56,445 nucleotides of DNA, taken from the NCBI GenBank assembly GCA_964484555.1, contig CAZAHK010000001.1, forward strand, positions 1-56,445, written 5' to 3'. Made by a program: the position numbers and the translations under genes. A model generated the notes under the pieces. It worked only from the letters and a program-made list of their open reading frames with translations. It had not been told where the DNA came from and searched no databases. Each line of letters starts with the position of its first letter. Within the stretch, counting starts at the first letter, position 1. Origin of the DNA: an uncultured Desulfobacula sp. GTDB taxonomy: Bacteria; Desulfobacterota; Desulfobacteria; Desulfobacterales; Desulfobacteraceae. Positions 49,252 to 56,445 of this stretch are shown piece by piece.

Positions 49252-50079
49252 TTATTTTTTTTTCCCAGTATCCAGGCCGGCCATCTGCCGTGCAATGCTG
49301 TCTCGTTCATAGACGATTTCCACCCGCCGGTTTAATGCCCTGCCCTTGGCCGTATCATTGGTGGCAACAGGATAATAATGAGCATATCCTTCGGCTGAAA
49401 TATACTGGGGGGGGACTCCGTTATCCACCAACAACCTTACCACCATGGATGCCCTGGCGCTTGAAAGCTCCCAATTGGAAGGATAGATGAGCGAAGATAT
49501 GGGAGAACTGTCTGTATGCCCTTTTATTTTGACATGATATGCCAGCTTGGAAAGAACGGCTGCAACCTTTTTCAAGATATCATGCCCTTTTTCAGAGAGG
49601 TGTGTCCCCCCTTCCGCAAATAAAAGGAGGTCGGAAAGGGTAATCACAATACCTTCTTCGGTCTTTATAACGCTGACCTCTCCACCCAGCTTGTTGAACA
49701 GAACCAGCTCCCTGACTTCGCTGACAATTTCCTCCATCTCTTCTTCGATCATGCCGCCAAGTTCATCGATTTTCTGATTTTCAGATGGGTCTTCCGATGG
49801 AACGGCATGCATGGTCAGTCCTTCCCGGGTGCCTGCCTCGGGGACAGACTGTGAACCCAAAGCGCTTCTCAAGGATTGGACGAGCTCCTTATAAGTTTCC
49901 TGCTGAGTGGTGCTCATGGCAAACAGAAGAACAAAAAGGCACATCAAAAGGGTTACCAGATCGGAAAACGTACACATCCATTCAGGTGCGCCCGCTTTCT
50001 GTTTTTTTTGTTCTTCGGGAGGCGGTGAAAGGCTGAACCCCTCTTCACTCTCCTCTTGTTTGTTTTTATCTTCAGCCAT
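49252..50079 (-). CDS. motB: Flagellar stator subunit B (MotB/PomB)
   Basis: WMCTFSDLVTLLMCLFVLL with the conserved Asp; GHTD, SNWELSSARA, NRRVEI. Confidence 0.95.
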   Translation of the reverse strand: MAEDKNKQEESEEGFSLSPPPEEQKKQKAGAPEWMCTFSDLVTLLMCLFVLLFAMSTTQQETYKELVQSLRSALGSQSVPEAGTREGLTMHAVPSEDPSENQKIDELGGMIEEEMEEIVSEVRELVLFNKLGGEVSVIKTEEGIVITLSDLLLFAEGGTHLSEKGHDILKKVAAVLSKLAYHVKIKGHTDSSPISSLIYPSNWELSSARASMVVRLLVDNGVPPQYISAEGYAHYYPVATNDTAKGRALNRRVEIVYERDSIARQMAGLDTGKKK

Positions 50080-50090
50080 TTAAGTTTATT

Positions 50091-50861
50091 CTATGCTTTC
50101 GCATCCTTGCCCGCTTTTTTCTTATCAGTGATATAGATTCTCAATTTATCCTCCATCAGCTTGGGATGTTCCCCTTCCCGGATGGAGATGATTCCTTCGA
50201 AAATAATATTCATATTGGTGATTTCCTCTTCATTTCTTCCGGACAATTTTTCAGCCATGGGGATAAAGATCAAATTGGCTATAAGAGCACCATAGAACGT
50301 GGTGATCATTGCCACAGCCATGGAAGGGCCGATGCTGGAGGGATCATCCAGGTTTGCCAGCATCTGGACAAGTCCAATCAAGGTTCCGATCATGCCGAAG
50401 GCAGGCCCATACGAGCCCATGCCTTGAAAAACCTTAACCCCTGTATCCAGATTTTTTTTGGTCAGGGACATTTTTTTCTGCATGATGGCAGCAATATCAC
50501 CGGTTTTAACCCCATCAACGGTCATCTGAAGGGCCTGGGCAAGATAGGGATCAGGGGTGCTTTGTATATCGCTTTCTATGGAAAGCAGCCCCCCTTTTCT
50601 GGCTTTGTTCGAAATCTCAACCAGATTATTGATAATGTCTTCGGCCGGTTGAATCTTAAAAACAAAAACCTTTATAGATGTTTTAAACACACTTAAAAAA
50701 TCCGCCAAAGGGAAGGCGATCATGGAAGATGCAGCACATCCCCCAAAGACAATGACAATGGAGGGAATATCCACAAAGGCCATGAGACTTCCGCCAAGTA
50801 ATATGGTTCCAAGGACAAACCCAAAGCCAGAAACAACACCGATAACCGAAGATATATCCAT
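50091..50861 (-). CDS. motA: Flagellar stator subunit A (MotA/PomA)
   Basis: ARKGGLLSIE, PAFGMIGTLIGLVQML, MITTFYG. Confidence 0.95.
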   Translation of the reverse strand: MDISSVIGVVSGFGFVLGTILLGGSLMAFVDIPSIVIVFGGCAASSMIAFPLADFLSVFKTSIKVFVFKIQPAEDIINNLVEISNKARKGGLLSIESDIQSTPDPYLAQALQMTVDGVKTGDIAAIMQKKMSLTKKNLDTGVKVFQGMGSYGPAFGMIGTLIGLVQMLANLDDPSSIGPSMAVAMITTFYGALIANLIFIPMAEKLSGRNEEEITNMNIIFEGIISIREGEHPKLMEDKLRIYITDKKKAGKDAKA

Positions 50862-50864
50862 TTT

Positions 50865-52226
50865 CTAAACCCTTATATAAACAGTTTCATCAACAGGATA
50901 TTCCCTGCTGTATTTTTTTATCTTATCAATTGCATCCTGAGTAAGTAAAGTATTAGCTGAAAAAAGTTTGGTTCCGGTATTTGTAAAAAGCGCTGTTCCA
51001 AGCGTCATTCCAGGTTCCAACTGATGAATGCCCCTGCCTTTGATGCAATAGTCATCGGATCCCATATGAAGAACGGCATATTTTTCCAGCAGGGCCACAA
51101 TCGTTGGATCAAGCCTTGTCCCGGAATAGTCTTCCAGCCTTATCAAAAATTTTTCAAGGGATGATACATCCTGTTCTTCTCTTAGGGTATCAAATACGTC
51201 GGCCCCGGCTAAAATCCTTGACAACAACGGGATATACCTTTTTTTCAAACCATCCGGTTTTCCTGTTCCATCCGAATTTTCATTCAAATGCCGAATAATT
51301 TCAGCACATTTCTGAAATTCAGTGCAGAATGATAGAAGCACAGCCCCTTTGCCCGGATATTGCATGAACAAACCCTTTTCAAACTCTGTGCGCTCGTCTT
51401 TTTCTTTTTGCAAAGTTGATTCCGGAATGAAAAGCAGCCCGATCTCATGCAGCATAGCAGCTTTTTGAAGATCCGGCAGTTTTTTTTCATCAATTTTTAA
51501 TTGTTCTGCAATAAAGCCAGCAATTTGAGCAACCCTCTCCCCATGACCCCTGTTTTTTTCTATCCTTGTTTTGATCAGGCTCGAAAGGATTTCTGAGAAC
51601 CCTTCCATATTTCCGTCAAGGGTTTCCTTTGTGGTTTTGATATCCCGTTTCAACCGGGTTCGTTCATTTGCCATCTGGTTAATCTGTTTTAAAGCATTAT
51701 TCAGGGAATGGCGTTCTTCATAAAGTTCGGTTTTGTTCTTTTTTAATTCCTGTTTAAATCGTTTGAGATAGTCTGTCGTTTTTTCAAGCTTTTGGTTCAG
51801 GGCATGGTTCATCTGGCTGATATTTTTCTTATCCATAAAAATGCGTGCTTTTTCTTTGACTTCATCCGTTGAAAACGGCCTGATTAAAAAATTATCAACT
51901 CCTTCCCGGAAAAATTTCAATCTCAAAGCGGGGGAAGGATATTCAGCAAGGGACAAAAATACCGCCGGTTTAAAATTATATTCCAACTCCGATAATTTCT
52001 GGATCAGACGATCACGCACGGCATCCTCAGTATCCGATTCGATGAGGATCAGATCCGGCTGTCTTAATTTCGCGAGTTCAGAAGCGATTTCGAAATCAGT
52101 GCAGATCTCAAGAACAAACCCCTTTTCCTTTGAAAATCCTTTATCCTCTCCGATGGACCTTTCATCCTTTACGTACAGAAGGGAAACAGGCTCCGGGATT
52201 ATTTTTTCATTATTCGGAGTAGTCAT
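50865..52226 (-). CDS. Degenerate REC / coiled-coil / HD-GYP-domain protein
   Basis: PDLILIES pseudo-receiver; GHGERVA, MLHEIG (HD replaced by HE), DGTGKPDGL (GYP replaced by GKP), IPLLSRILAGADVFD. Confidence 0.85.
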   Translation of the reverse strand: MTTPNNEKIIPEPVSLLYVKDERSIGEDKGFSKEKGFVLEICTDFEIASELAKLRQPDLILIESDTEDAVRDRLIQKLSELEYNFKPAVFLSLAEYPSPALRLKFFREGVDNFLIRPFSTDEVKEKARIFMDKKNISQMNHALNQKLEKTTDYLKRFKQELKKNKTELYEERHSLNNALKQINQMANERTRLKRDIKTTKETLDGNMEGFSEILSSLIKTRIEKNRGHGERVAQIAGFIAEQLKIDEKKLPDLQKAAMLHEIGLLFIPESTLQKEKDERTEFEKGLFMQYPGKGAVLLSFCTEFQKCAEIIRHLNENSDGTGKPDGLKKRYIPLLSRILAGADVFDTLREEQDVSSLEKFLIRLEDYSGTRLDPTIVALLEKYAVLHMGSDDYCIKGRGIHQLEPGMTLGTALFTNTGTKLFSANTLLTQDAIDKIKKYSREYPVDETVYIRV

Positions 52227-52779
52227 TCATCCACCATTCATCCCAGCCTGTCTTGAGGATGGCCTCACCCATTCTTTGCCCGGTCTGCGTCATGAGCCTT
52301 CCCAAAATGATGGGAAGCCATTTTTCAGGACCTTTCACACCGGTGTCCATCAGCTTTTTCAATTCCATGATAAAAGAAATCTGATCGGCATCGTTGGCGA
52401 GCCTTGATTCTTCTGATTCGCCCAGGTTAAATTCTTCCACCAGGGCTTTGATTTCATCACCAAACGGAATATGCCTGACCAGATGGGAAACGGCTTTGGC
52501 CTCATTGGTCTCACAGTATTTTTTTTCCACATAGTTCAGATCCCCGGTCCTGGCCTCGGCAATATCATGAACCAGGGCCATGGCCACAAGTTTTTCACTG
52601 TCAACCCCCGGGTTCATCCGGGCCATGGTAAAACAGATAAAGGCCGTCATAAAACTATGCTCGGCAATGGTTTCTTTCCCTGAACCCAGAAATGCATATC
52701 CGCTTCTTACGATATCCTTTAATATTCTAACTTCAAACAAGAGGTTGGCAATATGTTCCATATTTATTTCAATGTCCAT
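52210..52779 (-). CDS. HD-domain hydrolase (YfbR/HDDC2-like)
   Basis: RSGY, ETIAEHSF, ALVHDIAEARTGD, ANDADQI; start 52779 or 52761. Confidence 0.88.
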   Translation of the reverse strand: MDIEINMEHIANLLFEVRILKDIVRSGYAFLGSGKETIAEHSFMTAFICFTMARMNPGVDSEKLVAMALVHDIAEARTGDLNYVEKKYCETNEAKAVSHLVRHIPFGDEIKALVEEFNLGESEESRLANDADQISFIMELKKLMDTGVKGPEKWLPIILGRLMTQTGQRMGEAILKTGWDEWWMNDYSE

Positions 52780-52870
52780 GATAATCGCAACAGTCCTTGA
52801 CTTTTTATAGAACAGGAGTTTAAATAAAGTCAAGAATTCGAATTTTAACTTTGCCAAATCAGGAGGCCAC

Positions 52871-53887
52871 ATGCGGCATGGAAGAACAATGACGGCAGCA
52901 TTTGTTTTAGCCATTATGGGATTTGTGCTCTGTTCAACCGGATCTGCCGAAGAAAGCAAGGACTTTGTTCCGGGTGAGGATTCGGGTTTTTATTATACGA
53001 TTAAAAAAGGCGACACCTTGTGGGATCTGTCCCAGAAATTCTACAACTCTGAGTGGGACTGGCCAGGCCTCTGGGAAATGAACCAGGATATTAAAAACCC
53101 CCACTGGATTTATCCGGGAATAAAGATTCGGATTTTCCTGAAAGAAACTGCAGCCGTAAAACCCAAAATTGCAAAAATTGAGGAAGTCAGACAGGAAAAA
53201 CCACCCGAAAAGATTAACCCTTCCTTTTCTTTTTCTGAAATGGATCGAATCGGATTTATACGAAAAGATGCCGACCTGGCCTTTGGAAGCGTCATCAGGG
53301 ATCAGGACAACAAAATCATGATGTCTTCCAATGATATCATCTATATAAAACCTTCCGGAAAAGGGGCCTTGATCCCTGGAACCCATTATCATGTTTTCAG
53401 TACCAGCCCGGTTAAAACGAAAACCTTTTCAGGCACAAAGCATATCCTTCGCGCCCGGATTGAAATCCGTGAACACAAGACAACATATGCCACCGCAAAA
53501 GTAATAAAAACTTACAGGGAAATCCGTGAAGGGGATATGATCATGGCCTACAAAAACCGGGAACCTCTCTTAACAGTGGACGAAAGCCCTTCTCCCGTCA
53601 ATGGGCGAATCCTTTGTTCCGAGGATGACGATCTCATGATCAATGACCACCGGATCGCCTTTATCGACACCGGCAGCGACCATGTCAGGCCGGGGCAGAT
53701 CTATTCCGTCATGAGGATACTCAATACGACCGACAAGGGCCTCTGGCCGAAAAATGCAAAGAGTCGGGTTAAATTTGACAATATCAACGCCGGCAAACTG
53801 ATTGTCCTTCACACCGAAGATATTTCATCCACGGTGATGATCCTGTCATCCAAATATGAAATCAATCCCGATGATATTGTCAATTAA
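52871..53887 (+). CDS. LysM-domain periplasmic protein (TsaP-like)
   Basis: Signal peptide, YTIKKGDTLWDLS, WPGLWEMN..IKNPHWIYPG; AGGAGG RBS. Confidence 0.85.
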   Translation: MRHGRTMTAAFVLAIMGFVLCSTGSAEESKDFVPGEDSGFYYTIKKGDTLWDLSQKFYNSEWDWPGLWEMNQDIKNPHWIYPGIKIRIFLKETAAVKPKIAKIEEVRQEKPPEKINPSFSFSEMDRIGFIRKDADLAFGSVIRDQDNKIMMSSNDIIYIKPSGKGALIPGTHYHVFSTSPVKTKTFSGTKHILRARIEIREHKTTYATAKVIKTYREIREGDMIMAYKNREPLLTVDESPSPVNGRILCSEDDDLMINDHRIAFIDTGSDHVRPGQIYSVMRILNTTDKGLWPKNAKSRVKFDNINAGKLIVLHTEDISSTVMILSSKYEINPDDIVN

Positions 53888-53949
53888 GGTTATTCGTATA
53901 ACACCTTGAGCTTTATCCTTTAATCTTAAGAATTAAAAAGGAAATACCT

Positions 53950-55782
53950 TTAATCCCAGGTCACTCTTAAGATTTCCTGATACGTGGTCTGTCCGTTCAG
54001 CATTTTTCTGATACCGTTTTCGCGCAAAAGCACAAGGCCTTCCTCCACTGCTTTTTTCCTGAGCGTATCCAATGCGTCACCGGCGGTCAAAAGCTTAAGT
54101 GATTCTGAATAGGGCATGACTTCATAAATCCCGGTCCGGCCTTTATATCCCGTATTCCTGCATTTAGAGCATCCCTTGCCGTGTTTGAGTTTAACGATAC
54201 CCTGGGATTGAATCTTCAGCCCCAGGTCTGCCAGCTCTTTGGCGCTCATCTCAAAACTCTGGGAACAGTAAGGGCAAATTTTTCTGACCAGCCTCTGGGC
54301 CACAATCCCATTCAGGGAAGAATGAATCAGATAAGGTGGGATTCCAAGATCAAGCAACCTGAAAATGGTTGTGGCCGCATCATTGGTATGCAGGGTGGAG
54401 AGCACCAGATGCCCTGTCAGGGCAGCCTGGACTGCTGCCTGGGCAGTTTCAAGATCCCTTATTTCACCCACCATGATAATATCCGGGTCCTGGCGCAGGA
54501 TATTTCTCAGCACAGACCCGAAAGTGACATTGATGGCCGGCTGGACGGCAATCTGGTTGAATTCTTCGTGAATCATTTCAATGGGATCTTCTATGGTGGT
54601 GATGTTCACTTCGGGCGAAGACAGCATCCTGAGACTGGAATAAAGGGTCGTGGACTTTCCTGAACCCGTGGGACCTGTCACCAGGACAATGCCGAAGGGC
54701 ATGGTAATCAGTTTTTTATACCTTTCAAAATCCTCCTCAAAAAACCCGAGCAATTCAAGGTCCTGGAAAAGAACATCCGGGTCCATGATCCTGAGCACCA
54801 CTTTTTCACCAAAGGCCACGGGAATTGTCGAAACCCGGATTTCCACCTCTTTATCATCCTTTTCCATTTTGATCCGGCCGTCCTGGGGCCTTCTTTTCTC
54901 AGCCATATCCAATCTAGACAAGGATTTTATCCTGCTGACCACGGCGTTGTGAAGTTTTTTGGGAAGCTTGTAAACCGTATGCAAGACTCCGTCGATCCGC
55001 ATTCTCACAAGACAGATATCCCGCTTGGGTTCGATATGGATATCACTGGCCTTCTGATCAAAGGAATAGCTGAACAGATGATTTACGGCGTTCACAATAT
55101 GCTGGTCGGTTGCGGGCAGACCATCAATGGATTTTAAACTGACAAACTGCTCAAGGTTCCCGATATCAATGCCCCTTGTGGAAAAAAGATCTTCGGCCGC
55201 AGCAATGGAATGCCTGAATCCAAAAAATTCGTTGATAAGCTTTTCAATATCCGATTTTGAACTGAGAACGGTTTTCACCTTGAGTTTTGATACCATTTCT
55301 ACATCTTTAATCGCTTCATAATTAAAAGGATCAGGTGTTGCCACAATCAATTTGCCTTCCTCAATCATCAAAGGCAGAAGAAGATGCCGGGCAGCAAAGG
55401 ATTTTGATATGGTGCCCGTGACAAGATTCAGTTCCAGTGTCAAAGGATCAATTTTTTTATAGGGAACCTTCCAGACTTCAGCCAGGGTTGAATAAATCAG
55501 GTCTTCATCGATCATTTTGCCCGGCTCATCGTTTCTTGCCGGCTTTAAATACAGGATAATATCAATAAAAGATATCAGGTCCATCAGTTGTTCCTGGGAC
55601 AACTCATTCTCTTTTCCCTTTATCTTCTGCTCTAAAAGAATCGTTCTCACCCTGATTTCTTTCTTTAGGAGATCCCGGGCCTGTTCCCTTGAAATCAAAC
55701 GGGCAATCATAAGCGCTTTACAGATATTCTGGGAAGAAAATCTTTTGTCCTTCTGATTCTGCATATTTTTTTCCTGACCCAT
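53950..55782 (-). CDS. GspE/PilB-family secretion ATPase
   Basis: ASDIHIEP, PQDGRI, GPTGSGKST, EDPIE, LRQDPD, STLHTND, CPYC/CSKC zinc motif. Confidence 0.95.
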   Translation of the reverse strand: MGQEKNMQNQKDKRFSSQNICKALMIARLISREQARDLLKKEIRVRTILLEQKIKGKENELSQEQLMDLISFIDIILYLKPARNDEPGKMIDEDLIYSTLAEVWKVPYKKIDPLTLELNLVTGTISKSFAARHLLLPLMIEEGKLIVATPDPFNYEAIKDVEMVSKLKVKTVLSSKSDIEKLINEFFGFRHSIAAAEDLFSTRGIDIGNLEQFVSLKSIDGLPATDQHIVNAVNHLFSYSFDQKASDIHIEPKRDICLVRMRIDGVLHTVYKLPKKLHNAVVSRIKSLSRLDMAEKRRPQDGRIKMEKDDKEVEIRVSTIPVAFGEKVVLRIMDPDVLFQDLELLGFFEEDFERYKKLITMPFGIVLVTGPTGSGKSTTLYSSLRMLSSPEVNITTIEDPIEMIHEEFNQIAVQPAINVTFGSVLRNILRQDPDIIMVGEIRDLETAQAAVQAALTGHLVLSTLHTNDAATTIFRLLDLGIPPYLIHSSLNGIVAQRLVRKICPYCSQSFEMSAKELADLGLKIQSQGIVKLKHGKGCSKCRNTGYKGRTGIYEVMPYSESLKLLTAGDALDTLRKKAVEEGLVLLRENGIRKMLNGQTTYQEILRVTWD

Positions 55783-55955
55783 TAGGGTTATCGTTTTTTC
55801 TCCTATATATATGGGTAGCCTATAAAATTGTAAAGCCGCTTTTTTAATTACCTTTGAAATACAAGATTCTTCATCCGGAATGGGCTCCCGGCATATTGAA
55901 AAACACAGTTCTTGAAGGCAGCGAAAGGAGACATGAATAATAAAATTATTAATGC

Positions 55956-55983
55956 TTGACTTTTATTCATATTTCTATATACT
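55956..55983 (+). promoter_or_regulatory. Putative sigma-70 promoter of csp, implying a ~125-nt 5' UTR
   Basis: TTGACT-16 bp-TATACT. Confidence 0.55.
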
Positions 55984-56117
55984 TGTCGTCATGTGCAGAT
56001 ATAAGTGATGCACATATGTTTCTTCCTTAAGGTGTATTCTCTGATTTTCAAATGTGATTACCCCCCAAAGTTCGAAGCTACAATTTTTTTTATTATTTAT
56101 TACAGGAGACTGCCAAC

Positions 56118-56321
56118 ATGGCTACTGGTATCGTAAAATGGTTTAACGACTCAAAAGGTTTTGGATTTATCGAAAGAGAAGATGGTGGAAAGGATGTATT
56201 TGTGCATCATTCAGGTATTAATACCACAGGGTTTAAATCCCTCAATGAAGGGGCCCGTGTTTCTTTCGATATTGAAGAGGGTCAAAAAGGACCTTCCGCA
56301 GCAAATGTAACCGTGATTTAG
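56118..56321 (+). CDS. Cold-shock protein (CspA family)
   Basis: [28 protein letters not shown]. Confidence 0.97.
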   Translation: MATGIVKWFNDSKGFGFIEREDGGKDVFVHHSGINTTGFKSLNEGARVSFDIEEGQKGPSAANVTVI

Positions 56322-56368
56322 TTAACCGTTTTATTTGCTTTAAAAAAAAGTTATTTCGGTAACTTTAA

Positions 56369-56412
56369 AAAGCCTCTGGATATTAAATGTTCAGAGGCTT
56401 TGTTATTTTTTT
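56369..56412 (+). terminator. Rho-independent terminator after csp
   Basis: AAAGCCTCTG / CAGAGGCTTT stem followed by a T-rich tract. Confidence 0.8.
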
Positions 56413-56445
56413 GACCCCTCCCCGGTTTTTAAAAACCGATGGTTT

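Noticed and set aside
55853-55959. Tiny ORFs upstream of the csp promoter, one with an AAAGGAG RBS (MNNKIINA)
   Set aside because: Too short, with no recognisable motif; cannot be supported from sequence alone

Overview
AT-rich chromosomal window. The gene set and protein style suggest a sulfate-reducing Desulfobacterota bacterium (Desulfobacteraceae-like; inference). The first ~14 kb is an accessory envelope locus: a large type-I-secreted RsaA-like surface protein that runs off the window and is absent from the ORF track, a TolC, a tandem CAP-like/CnaB secreted protein behind a sigma-54 promoter, and a TonB receptor / periplasmic binding protein / histidine kinase / sigma-54 activator cassette with OmpA- and LPP20-type proteins. 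The rest is mostly housekeeping (folE2, rpoZ, greA, psd, tsaB, lon, pilD, cheX, hup, sbcB, rplM-rpsI, ruvCAB, tol-pal, groESL, hflKC, dciA, tRNA-Ser, dnaX-ybaB-recR, motAB, a GspE/PilB ATPase, csp). Main points of interest: (1) a compact operon of Csd6/Pgp2-like, adaptor, Csd4/Pgp1-like and bactofilin genes, i.e. a Helicobacter-type cell-shape toolkit in one unit; (2) the trans-envelope signalling locus tied to surface-protein secretion, with a shared 17-bp motif; (3) a 31-aa bS22/mS38-like ribosomal protein gene missed by the ORF track; (4) a motAB pair flanked by a degenerate HD-GYP protein and a frameshifted PilZ gene; (5) deletion scars of a hipBA-type toxin-antitoxin pair and of ttcA. All family assignments come from motif recognition by eye; no database searches were run, so novelty is untested. 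No rRNA, CRISPR array or intact mobile element was seen.
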